Shown in pieces: positions 11,804-23,091 of a stretch of DNA of 33,680 nucleotides; the first letter of the stretch is position 1; each line of letters begins with the position of its first letter. The translations under genes were made by a program, and so were the position numbers. This DNA is from Sphaeroforma arctica JP610 (lineage: Eukaryota): contig NW_014039924.1 of NCBI RefSeq assembly GCF_001186125.1, positions 20,398-54,077 of the forward strand, read 5' to 3'. A model generated the notes under the pieces. It was not told where the DNA came from, ran no database searches, and worked only from the letters and a program-made list of their open reading frames with translations.

Positions 11804-13995
11804 TGGGCTTATTCCATCCTTGGTGTGCTATTACAGTTGCCAGATCCTGAGTGCATACTTATAGTTACCTGAGTCTGAGTGTATCCACGGTGTATTTCAT
11901 CGGTTTGTCCGGTCTGTTCCCTGAACAGATGTGTTACACCACCAACAATCGATATGCCGGTGCCCGCGGAAGCACCTCACCTTTGACACCCATTACTCTA
12001 CCACACTCACCCCAACTGTGAACATATGGTGGACTCGTACAACTAATAACTGTACGTATAAAATGCAGAGCACGCACAATTGACATACCATCCACACCTT
12101 CACCATCATCAGGTGACGAGTACGATGGTCGTCATAGACAAACTCACCGAGTTCGTCAACAATACCACGTGAACTTTCCATACTGGAATGCACACATGTT
12201 GAGTTGTGCGTAGCATCGTACCTTGTTCGACCCCTCGTAGCTGCTGCCTGGCCTGCTTTACCCCAAGTCGGTCCGGCGAGGACAGCATCAGCTCAGTACG
12301 TCGATAACGGATATATCAGACCAACAGTGTATGTCACTGGGACTCTCAGGCTATAGCACCTGTGCTCTTCTATATAGGGTGCACTCGTGTCCAAATGTGC
12401 GGGACAAGGTGCCGCAACCAGGGCCGTCGACGCCCCGTCTTAGGCACTTTTCAGCCTTTTCTTTAACCCCAGGCTAAGGGGCAGCGCAGTAGGTATACCA
12501 GCAGGTCAACTGGGGCTCACCTTGAGGTACGACGCTTGAGCACCTTTACGCGGTTGAGCGCTGAGTGACTGAGCTGGTTATACGGTCCTGTCGAATACGC
12601 AGTCCTCTTGCGCACTCCTCCCACTGTATCTGCCTCGCGTTCGCAATGTCACGTCGCGACAAAAGGGACGTGAGCTAGCAACCACAATTAAACCTGTATG
12701 GATTCACCGCTCGTGCGTCCGATGGCCCTATGGCGTAATTAGAATAGAGATAGTATATACGAAATGATGCACAAGTATATTCTCGTAGGTTTTGACCTCG
12801 CTGTTCAACGGATTCACCCATCCATAAACCTCTTGCACGCGCTGAATGGATTGCTCGTGAAATTTCCCCCCCCCCCCCCCCCTCTGGGAGAAGTGAAAAA
12901 TATTAAACCGAGAATCTTTGCAGTTCACGACCAGCCGTTTGCACAGAGTTTCACGCACGAAGTTGCAAATGGTACATGGGTTATTTATCGCTCTGTGGCT
13001 CTTAATGAAGGACGCGTTTGGATGTATGTGCGTTTCTTCCTTTGAGTCAGAACACACCTGTACAGGCTTTGATGTATTCTCTCTTGAGGCATATGTCCGA
13101 AACTAGCCCGTCCGTCTCAAACACTTGGACATGAATAATACGAACAGCACTTGCATCAAGGCCCAACGGGGATATCTTTGACCTGTAAATATTCAAGAAT
13201 GCTATCTCTGAGTTTCTAGGATCCAAACCATCGGCTCTTTATTGCATAGCCTTGTGTTCTATTTAGGGTCGTTCTTAACGGGAAGATAGGGAACATAGTA
13301 AAAAGGGTTTTCTGGAGGGGTGTTCTTTAGGATTTTCAGGGTTCCATAAATACCTTATGTACCCCCCACTGACACTCCCAGTCCACCGCAGGCTACTGCG
13401 GCACTGCCCCAGCGTAACTGAGGGCTTGGGGACTTGGGCCCCGTTCCTCTTCTTTTTTTCCTTTTATTTATTATAAAAACAAAACAAGGATACCAACGTA
13501 TTAACGTAAACGAAATGAACTTGAATCCGTTTATACGGCTCAATAGACTGGAGAAAAACTACTTATTGTCCGAAATAAATGGACAGCCTACATAGTGGGT
13601 AATAAGTCTTTTTGAAAACCTTGAAATTCAGGACTCCGAAAATGCACCCACATCAACTACCGGAGGGCCACCAAGCTGTAAACGTTGAACGCAAATGTTT
13701 ATATGTTCAAAACATTTTACGTTTTAACAAAACGTATGGAGGATAGGAGTGAAGTCCACTATAGGGAGACCACAACTTGAACTGATGTCCGAATTGATTG
13801 TACACGTGAGCCAAATAGGCCAAAAAATATAATTTATAAAAAGTATAATAGAACAATAAGCGTTGTAGTAGTAACACAGCATATACTTCCACCTGGTTCC
13901 TCGTTCGCTTCGATTGTTTGTGCGCAGTCCGTGCGAATTCAACCTCATCTCATCTCTCAACCTAAGTAAGTAGTACACATACACAAACCAGAACG

Positions 13996-16985
13996 ATGGA
14001 CGTGGATATGGTAAATGAGGCTGATATCCTCGCCGATATGAAAGCGCAGATGGACCAGGCTGACAATGAGTCGTCCATGAATGTGGATGCACCTGTCTTC
14101 ACTCCACTCTCAGCAATCGAACTGAACGTAGGTCTTTTTGTGCTTATTGGAGTCTGTATAAATAACGTGTGTGTACATCTTTATCATATATATGTGTGCT
14201 CCTCTGGCTCATGTATCAGTGAATGCACATACATACTATACGGTTTGCTTTTCGTATAATTTCTTGCTGAGAGAAAGCACCACCATCGTACTGTTAAGCT
14301 TATATATAACATAGTCTAATTGTGTGGATGCTTGCCGTTTAGTGTGAACTGTCTCGATTTGGCCCGTGTATTTTTGTCACGTACTTGTGTGGTTTGCACA
14401 GTAAAAAAAATGACCATGATGTTTAAATCTGATCTGCTCGTACGTGTCCATAACTTCTTCTTAAAGTCACAAGTATCTGTACGTGTCTTCTTATACGTCT
14501 GTATATATTGTATATAGATGCATGACGGCAGAGTTAACCTGCGTAATTGTACATATATAGAGCCACATATCGACGTATAACTATATTGCTGCTGACCAAG
14601 TTATTTTGTTGAATATATTTTTGTGGTACCTTGGCGTTTTATTACTATCCTATTAGACTTCTGGATTTTCAGAAGCATATTTGAGCTATATAAATGTAAA
14701 TCTCAGTATGCGTATATATGTATGCTAGAAGAACTCGTGTGCTGGATGGATACATTAACAGTGAATAGCAACAGTTCTCATCAGAATCTCTAGCATATTC
14801 CACCCTGTTTTATTTGCTTTTTAATACATCTTAGTATAAGGTGGTAGAATTCCTGGCCTTGGCTTGTGTTGCGTAAAAATGTATGACTTTTTGAACTCGC
14901 GTGCACCGATTTTTCGCCTTTGTGTGTATGAAATACTGTCCGTATACTTTGTTCTCAATTGCTTCAACTCAATGGTATATAGCAAAATAGAGTATCTGGG
15001 ACACAAGTTCTAGGCGCAAAGTCTATCGATACCGTAGTTTGTCCGCATTCAAACGTTACACTAGGTGTGACACCCCGAGATAGTATGCATATCTAAGAAG
15101 TTGTTGATAGTTCTATATCACACTTACAAACGCATCGATGTTCATATATATATGAAGGCAGGGTTGCCTGAAATATACACATTCGATTTTGCTATAGTCG
15201 TCCATCGTTAATCAGCTGCGCTGTTGTGAACCACTATATATTCATCAAAACTAATTTTGTGCCTGCAGGACGGTGAGAAATCAGAGCGCCGCGTACAGGT
15301 ACCAACACACCGCATGACGCCACTCAAACAGCAATGGCTCAAAATATACACACCACTTGTGGAGCATATGAAGCTACAAGTTCGTATGAACCTGCACACG
15401 CGGAAGGTGGAGCTGAAGGTACGTGCATGTGTGGTTGTGTCTGTCTATAGTTCAGTAGTGTGAAAGCTGTATGCGTTGCTTTACATTTCGATGTTTTGGT
15501 AGGTTGATAGTATGCGTACGTTATCAATCATCGTACTGATTGATATACACATACCTGTGTAGTCGATTTTTTCCTGGATGTGAGGCTGTATACACGATAA
15601 AGCACAATGAAGTGATAATTCATAAGGTATATCAGTTCTCAGGATACAAACCCGACATCGAGGCATGCATCTCGTATTTTCCATACAAATGATTAACACT
15701 TTGCACCCAAAAAAATCGCAGACATCAGAATTCACTACTGACGTGGGAGCCCTGCAGCGAGGTGCCGATTTCCTTAAAGCCTTCATGCTGGGATTTGACG
15801 TGGATGATGCACTAGCGTTACTCCGATTAGACGACTTATTCATCGATACGTTCGATGTAAACGATGTTAAGATGCTAAAAGGGGATCACTTGTCCCGTGC
15901 TATTGGTCGTATTGCCGGAAAGGGAGGTAAGTTGATGCCAACTCGTATATGGTTTTACTGCTGTCTATTATCATTTGCTTATATATATATATATATATTC
16001 TTCGATACTTCCACATAATCAACTACTTGCATTGGGCTATGACAAAATTGTTGCGCTTTGCATATATGTAGATCGAGTTTCCTTGCACAGCCGTGTGATA
16101 CTGCTTCTGGCTGTCCCCTGAATATCTGATTTGTATTATTTTTCCCTATCGAATTAGAAAATCAGCTCTATAGCATGCTGTATTTATGTGATAATATGTC
16201 CCCTTTCGGAGATATTGTAACATCAAACATGTTCGCACAATCTATGTGAGACTCTATTGGCCGTTGAACTTAAATTTATACATGGTAATTTTCTTCCGGC
16301 AAGTGGAAGTCAGTGTTCCAATTCAATCGGAGCGTTGCATGATGGAAATCTACAATTGTGGTATCTGCCAATTGGTTCGAGTATTAATTTCTCAACAAAT
16401 TTGTTTCGGAACAGGACGGACGAAATTCACTATTGAAAATGTCACACGAACCCGAGTGGTAATCGCCGACAGTAAAATCCACATTCTAGGATCATTCCGA
16501 AATATCCGAGTTGCGAGAAATGCCATTTGTCAACTAATTCTGGGTATGAAATCGGATTTATTTACACTTGATGAAGAAGTGTGTTGAGAAGGCTCGCCTA
16601 TTTTGTACTTGTAGCCGTCTATTGTTGTGTGTAATCTGTCGGTAATGTTGTGAAATGATGTGTAAAGAGTGAGTGTGATGGCATGTCTTCTCGTGACGTA
16701 CATATTTATATTTGTGAGTTCGCTGCGGGGTGGGAGATATGTGCAATTTCTGCAAATATGCATGTTGAAGCTTACATCAGAGCACCGTATGACCTCTATG
16801 TTTTATCATCCAGAATATCCGATCAGTGAGTGGTGATGTATTTGTAGAAAATCAAGCTCTTTAAATTTCTTACAGGCTCACTCGCACATTTTATCTTCTG
16901 CTTTTCGTCATCCTTAGGTTCGCCGCCCGGAAAGGTGTACGGAAATATGCGGTCTGTTGCCAGTCGGATGAGCGAGCGATTTTAG
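13996..16985 (+). CDS. PNO1: pre-rRNA-processing KH-domain protein PNO1/DIM2, 227 aa; exons 13996-14127, 15269-15418, 15722-15926, 16415-16543, 16918-16985
   Basis: Five GT-AG exons sum to 684 nt in frame. Hallmark motifs: [109 protein letters not shown]. Confidence 0.97.
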
Positions 16986-18267
16986 AACACTCCAGAATAA
17001 TTAGATAATGTTGTAGATGCAAGCGGGATCGGCCGATGTGTGTTTGCAGCCACGCGCAATTGCGCATGTGTATACGCGCGTACGAGCTACTTCTCGTCCC
17101 CCCTATCCACACGTCTGAAGGTGGAATGGCTCCCTTATATATTAAAATATAGATACATTTATCCTTAGAAGGCTGGCTACGAAATATACAGATGCTTCTT
17201 TGGAAGCTGAGTTCCTCGGATACTCTAGGCATTTCTGAATATGCTCTGTAATAGGTGGTGTGTACCCTATGACAATACATGACGAGAAAAATTGTTGCCA
17301 CTTCTATCAAAATGGCGCCATAAAAGCCTTTGTGTGTATTTAAAAAGCCTGCACCTTCCTTTTCTACATGCCTTAGTTCTGACGTTAGTTGTACTCGGTC
17401 TATCCAACTGCACTGCACTCCTAAAGTCTCGGATATTTGCCCACTTGTAACGTACACGTGCATTTTCTGTATAAGGCGATTGTTTTTTGCACATGCCCGG
17501 CCCTCAATGGAGTGCAATCGTAGATGACAGGGAGACAACTGGAGAATGGTAGCATACAGGTGTCGATTCTAAAGCAAAGTGCTCTCATAAAAGAGATTTA
17601 AGTATCCTTGGGCGCCTTATAGGTGCTTTCTTGGGTGAAATGTATGTATATGCGCGCTCAAATCTTGTCCAACCTCTATACTAATTATATTTGTGTAGGA
17701 TCTCCCATTTAGATTTAATTGCGTACATATTATGTGCTCTTTAAGTCATGTGAGTCATAAATTAAATCCTGTTTTGAGATCACCCGCCTATACTGGATTG
17801 CATTTATGGGTGAGAACACTAAGCATACTTAGTTTCGTCAATACTCAGCGAACGAATACATTGAACATGTTCTAGGTTCAACACGTGTAATATGATTGCA
17901 TATACACCTACACGTGCCTTTGGAGGTGCATACGTTTGCTTATAGAGAATAAGTATTAACCTAGAACCTGTACCTGACGTTGCAAGTTTCATTCAATCCT
18001 TTGTATACTGTTGGGATTTGGTTACTTTTGTGGGCGAAACTGCTCAACCCCATTCTTCGATGGTCGAATTTGTTGTACGTTAACTGTTCCGGCATATTTT
18101 CTCAATTCGCAGCCATCATGCGTGCGGTGTTATACGACTATTTTATTCATTATCGTCTAAATCAACGAACACGAGGCACCATGCACTCTCGTGCCGTCGC
18201 TTATTAACAGGCTGCTAAACAATTAGCACTTTTAAGGGCCGCGAACACACTTGGTGTTCTCTTTGTA

Positions 18268-18394
18268 CTGGCTGATGTTGTCCATGCTGCGCGTCGTTCT
18301 GGCTGATATGTTATCCTTGCTGCGCGTCGTTCTGGCTGATATGTTATCCTTGCTGCGCGTCGTTCTGGTTGATATGTTATCCGTGCTGCGCGTC
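18268..18394. repeat. 33-bp tandem repeat, about 4 units (CTGGCTGATATGTTATCCTTGCTGCGCGTCGTT)
   Basis: Directly visible. The two central units are identical. Confidence 0.95.
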
Positions 18395-18408
18395 ATTTAT
18401 AATACTGA

Positions 18409-18960
18409 CTATATCGTAAGTGCAGTAGAACTCGAGTAGTTCACCAATTCAGGAGTAGATAAATTTTCAGTCGCTCTCTTTTGTTGCTGTCTCGCTATAG
18501 CGTATTGGCACTCCCCTATACACTGTACGTAGGATGTGGCTGCAAGAAAGTTGACACTGACAATCCCTTTGACATCTTTTACTCTCTTCAAAGGCTTCCG
18601 CAATTGTTTAGTTTCGCATTCGCAAGTTGATAATTTGATCATCTCGTACCGCTTGAATATCTGGACCTCTCTATGTGCGGTGAGCATTCTGTAGAAATCG
18701 TTCAGAACGGGTGCTTTCGATCTGTCGTATTCAACGTTATCGTAAGTCCCGTGTCGAATCTCTACGTCACAAAACTTTACACGTTTCCGCCGCAGGACAG
18801 GTTCCGGTTGCTTAGGGTCTAGCAATGTGGTATTCGATAAACACGGTTCTACTTTCAATTTGTAAGTAAACATTCGTGCAGGTTGAGCGTGAAAAGTCGA
18901 ACCCAAGCTACCTCGTGTATACAACAGGGTCTCCCCCGAATTATAAATGTTGATCCCCAT
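18409..18960 (-). CDS. putative protein phosphatase 1 regulatory/targeting subunit (Phactr/Bni4/neurabin-type RVxF-PhiPhi-R module), intronless, 183 aa
   Basis: RRKRVKFCDVEIRHGTYDNVEYDRS...HREVQIFKRYEM has an RVxF motif followed by TYxxxEYDR and an E[LV]xxFKxxEM motif, as in the Bni4/Phactr C-termini and the neurabin PP1-binding region. Confidence 0.65.
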   Translation of the reverse strand: MGINIYNSGETLLYTRGSLGSTFHAQPARMFTYKLKVEPCLSNTTLLDPKQPEPVLRRKRVKFCDVEIRHGTYDNVEYDRSKAPVLNDFYRMLTAHREVQIFKRYEMIKLSTCECETKQLRKPLKRVKDVKGIVSVNFLAATSYVQCIGECQYAIARQQQKRATENLSTPELVNYSSSTALTI

Positions 18961-19574
18961 AGTGAAGCGTACTGTATTTTAAATGTTGTACGGCGCAAAT
19001 AATAAATGAAAGCAATCGATTGTGCGCTTCATGTTGGGGGCACTAGATATATATATAATAATATAGCCTCATTTCTTTTTTTTTCTTTTTCTGTATTTCA
19101 TTTTCTTGTTCCATTTTCAGAAGGCTATGATTTTCTCTATATTCAGTATTCATCTCCCACTCTCATAGTCTCACTTCTTGTATTTCTATTTGTTTTTGTA
19201 AAAATACATCACATGTATTTACAATCTTACATTGTGCCAGCAATATAGTGAGAACTATTATTTGTCGTATCGGAACAGAAGCAGTTTTATCAGCAAAATG
19301 AGAGCACCATGTGTTGTGGACAAATTAAAGAATTGCAGCTGATTGGTGATTATTGGTTTACATGTTTTTAGGGTTTGTTTTTCAAACTCTTAAGAGTCTA
19401 ATATTTGCAGTTTTTGACAAACTGCTGCACAGCTGCAGTCGCTTAAACACTTCTGTACTCCAGCTCCAGCCTCCTGCTGGTGGTCCTGCAGGCCCTCTCT
19501 GAATAGTAAATACTAGATAGAATAATCCTCAACTACTGAGTAAATAGAGTGCCTTCTAAATATATCAGACAGAT

Positions 19575-19616
19575 TGCTGACTGCTGAGTGCTGACTGCTG
19601 AGTGCTGACTGCTGAT
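19575..19616. repeat. 7-bp tandem array (TGCTGA[C/G/T])x6
   Basis: Directly visible. Confidence 0.9.
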
Positions 19617-21819
19617 ATTGAGATATTCTGACAGGAGAGTGAGGCGACAACACTGAGCCCCTGACTCTCTCACTCGAGTCCTGTCCTGAGTCCAGAGGTT
19701 TATGTTTACGTTCAACTTTTTTTGCTGCTGATATTGATTGGAATCAAATTTTCCAAGCCCCTCAGTCCTCACTCCCTCTTGTTCGACTCGGCTGCGGCGT
19801 CATCACTATTATGTCGCGGTGTCGATAATATTTATAACTTTATTTTGCTTTTGAATGTACCAAGAAAAAAAACAAGAATAACAAATGGGCTAGTATTCTG
19901 CTTTTTTTTTTAAATCACAACTGTATATTGTTTCAATTGAAGGCTATGGAGTATGGTATGATACATTTATATTCATAACAATATTCTCGAAACCGGTGGA
20001 CTACTGGCCTTGGGGCCTTGGGCCGAGCAACAAATATATGTATATATATTTTTAGAGATAAATAATGCTTTGTTTTTGTTCCAAAAACCATAGCCAACTG
20101 AGAAAAAAAACAAAAACAAAGGGCAAAAAAAAATAGTAAATTATGTTCTTTTATACTTTTTAAACCCCAAATACAAAACAAAACAAAATATACAGTCAGT
20201 TGTACATATAAACTAGAGATGATGACGTAGTTTCAACTTTTATGCTGCAGCGTGCTCCAAGATTAAAAATATAAATATATTTACTCTTTCTACTACGCTT
20301 TCTATTGCTACGTTTTGCCTGTGCGCGATAAACTTTAAACGTAAATGCAAAAGGTTTTGTTTTTTAAGCGTTTAAAAGTATATCGGGGGCAAATCGACAA
20401 TGAAAAAAATACAAATTTGCACCTGAGAAATTGACCTTTTTTAATGAAAAGGCGATTTGAAACTATCCACAACTGACACAAAGTGAAAAATAGAACAATT
20501 CGTGACAGTTAGGCCGCCTCAAATATGTTAACCTATTTGTAAACCCGAAGGACTATATTTAAGACAAACTTTGAACGTAAACGTTTGTTTATTATTATTA
20601 TTTATTCGCGTTTTAACGAGAAACGTAATGAGGTTAGGTCAGTAGAGCGTGAGAGAGTAGTGAACTAGTGATAGTCTTATTTTTTAGTATTGTTTGGAAT
20701 TTTAGATTTTAGTGAGCCTACAGCATACTGACCATAGAGATTAGAGAGAGTCTCATACTAATATTCTCTGCGCGAGAGATATTTGGATTTTGGAGTCTAT
20801 TATATATAAAGTGCAAATTCGCTAGCTATTTTTTGTTTTTTAGCAACAACAGTCTTCTTTTACGGTACTTTTTTTCAGAATAAAGATATATACTTTATAG
20901 ATAGAGAGTCTGCACTCTGTTCGTCGATGACGAGTAGTCGAATCTCGATGTCCAATTGTCCATTCGCTTTTTTAAAACGGATTTCGGGAATGAACTCTTC
21001 ACTCTCCTTCAGCAGGGTCCCATATACTATAAAGATGGACAGTTCACCTCCATAGCGCGAGCTCACACAAAATGTTCTTCTCAGCCAGATACAGTGGGAC
21101 TGCGTCATTGCAGAAATTAGTACTGGTTTTTATTTTTATTTGATTTGATTTTTATAAACAAAAATATTTTTTTAAATAGAAATAACAAAAATAATAAACA
21201 GTGGGTCCGCGACTCCTCGCAACTTGTCCCTGACCGTCACAAAAAAAGGGGCATCTATCGAGTAGATATCCATAGCGTCCATCTAATTGACCGAAAGGCT
21301 TTCGGCCGATCCGACCGAATGTTTGCTACCTTTACTCTCCTATAAAGTCCAGGCCTAAAAAACAGACCGTATTTTGTACGTATTATAGAGATTGATTTTA
21401 CATGTTCATATTTATTTTCATTTCCCGTTTTAATTTTCCTTAAGGCTTCACAGGGAAGAAGTCTGTCATAGCCATCTACTTCTTATTTGTTTGTACAACT
21501 TGCGTCGCATTCGTTGTAATTCTTTACGAAGCTCGAGTACTTTCATATTAACTCTTGCTGAGAAGAACTGTGCGTATCTCAAACCATCCTCAATCCATTT
21601 CGTTGCTTCATCATGTTTGTATTGCATTATTATTGTAAAAATAGTAAAATAAATACAAACGATCTCTTGTTGAACTTTCACACTTCACAGTGTTCAGTAC
21701 ATAACCAGTTCACAGAGAGCAATTTTCTTTTTTTTTAAACAAATATAAGCAAGTATGACATATAATGACACACATAAATACATCATAGCTAACCTCATCC
21801 AATTTTCTGGGGTTTTTTT

Positions 21820-22000
21820 TAAAAACCCTCTATATATCGAATAAATTCACGTTTACGTTCAACTTTTATTCCATATACGGTCTTTTTTATGTGCGTAGGT
21901 GCACTTTACGGTTCTAACAATTTAAGTGTGTATTTCTTTCAGTATACGAATTAGTCCTATAAAAAAACTTAGGTAGGTCCTCCCTATCGCATTATAACCT
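21820..22000 (+). repeat. copy of a dispersed non-coding repeat family with core ACGTTTACGTTCAAC
   Basis: Collinear similarity to 23765-23945 (tcgaataaat..acgtttacg.tcaact..tatt.catat; aagtgtgta; agtcctataaaaa; aggtagg). Confidence 0.8.
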
Positions 22001-22606
22001 TTACTAGTAGTACATTTATAGTAGTATTTGCTAGTATTATATTTATAGTAGTCTTTACTAGTATTATAATTGTAGTGGTATTTACTAGTAGTATATTTAT
22101 AGTAGTATTTGCTAGTATTATATTTATAGTAGTATTTACTAGTATTATATTTGTAGTGGTATTTACTAGTAGTATATTTATAGTAGTTTTTGCTAGTATT
22201 ATATTTATAGTAGTATTTACTAGTACTATATGTATAGTAGTGTTTACTAATTTTATATTTGTAGTTGTATTTACTAGTAGTATATTTATAGTAGTATTTG
22301 TCTAGTATTATATTTATAGTANNNNNNNNNNNNNNNNNNNNGTAGTGGTATTTATTAGTAGTAAATTTATAGTAGTTTTTGCTAGTATTATATTTATAGT
22401 AGTATTTACTAGTACTATATGTATAGTAGTGTTTACTAATTTTATATTTGTAGTTGTATTTACTAGTAGTATATTTATAGTAGTATTTGCTAGTATTATA
22501 TTTATAGTAGTATTTACTAGTATTATATTTGTAGTGGTATTTACTAGTAGTATATTTGTAGTAGTATTTACTAGTATTATATGTATAGTAGTATTTACTA
22601 ATATTA
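22001..22606. repeat. 27-bp minisatellite (GTAGTATTTACTAGTATTATATTTATA), about 22 units, interrupted by a 20-N gap at 22322-22341
   Basis: 9-codon periodicity is visible in the ORF translations (VVFTSIIFI / INIILVNTT). Most units contain the palindrome TACTAGTA or a variant of it. Confidence 0.95.
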
Positions 22607-23091
22607 GTTCTGTGGAACCTGATTGAGGGTCTTGCTTAAAAACATGAGGTAGTGCTTCTTGTCTTTCACCCACTGAAACAGTGCTCCTCCGTAGTCACTA
22701 GCGTCCGTCTCGAGGTTGAGTGGGACGTCATCCACCGGGAAGTGTAGTACGACCGCGTTAACTATCGCGTCCTTCATTGCCTGCCATGCATCCGAGTGAC
22801 GTTGTTCCTACTTATCTCTTATCAGTTCATTCGGATTAAGCTTGCAAAATTCACGTAGGGGCGCTACCACGTGTGCGAAATTGGGCAGGTGTTCGTGCAA
22901 GAAATTGGCCAGACCCAACGCGGAGACAAAGTCCTTGTACCGCTGATGTGTTGGTCAGTCGAGTAGTTTAGCCTGCTTCTCAAAGGCGACATCAATTCCT
23001 GCCGCTGAGACCTTTTTGCCTAGTATTATGACCTCTGCAATTGCGAAGTGACATTTTGCCGGATTCAGTTTGAAACTGTGGTACGTCAGTC
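22607..23091 (-). pseudogene. Ty3/Gypsy pol fragment: RT C-terminus/connection and start of RNase H
   Basis: One frame reads LTYHSFKLNPAKCHFAIAEVIILGKKVSAAGI...LLD*PT...LGLANFLHEHLPNFAHVVAPLRE...DK*EQRHSDAWQAMKDAIVNAVVLHFP...LETDASDYGGALFQ...LMFLSKTLNQ. It has two in-frame stops and is absent from the ORF track. Confidence 0.93.

Noticed and set aside
11930..13200. GC-richer stretch with broken frames, possibly an old transposon remnant or the last MED29-like exon
   Set aside because: No diagnostic motif or convincing exon could be supported.
16891..17538. 215-aa minus-strand ORF
   Set aside because: It overlaps the last PNO1 exon and 3' region in antisense and has no recognisable motif.
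11601..18411. TAA/TAG stop-codon reassignment suggested by in-frame stops in the exon copies and after the PP1-regulator ORF
   Set aside because: PNO1 terminates at its conserved C-terminus with TAG, and no conserved exon contains an internal TAA or TAG.
20875..21681. Two short minus-strand ORFs as a continuation (RNase H/integrase) of the Gypsy element
   Set aside because: No RNase H, HHCC or DDE motifs recognised.
22155..22510. Apparent higher-order duplication across the 20-N gap in the minisatellite
   Set aside because: Nearly the same unit series flanks a placeholder-sized gap, so it is probably unmerged overlapping contig ends.
22001..22606. 27-bp array as a CRISPR array or as a hydrophobic repeat protein
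   Set aside because: Units are contiguous with no unique spacers, there are no cas genes and the context is eukaryotic. The ORFs arise only because the unit length is a multiple of three.
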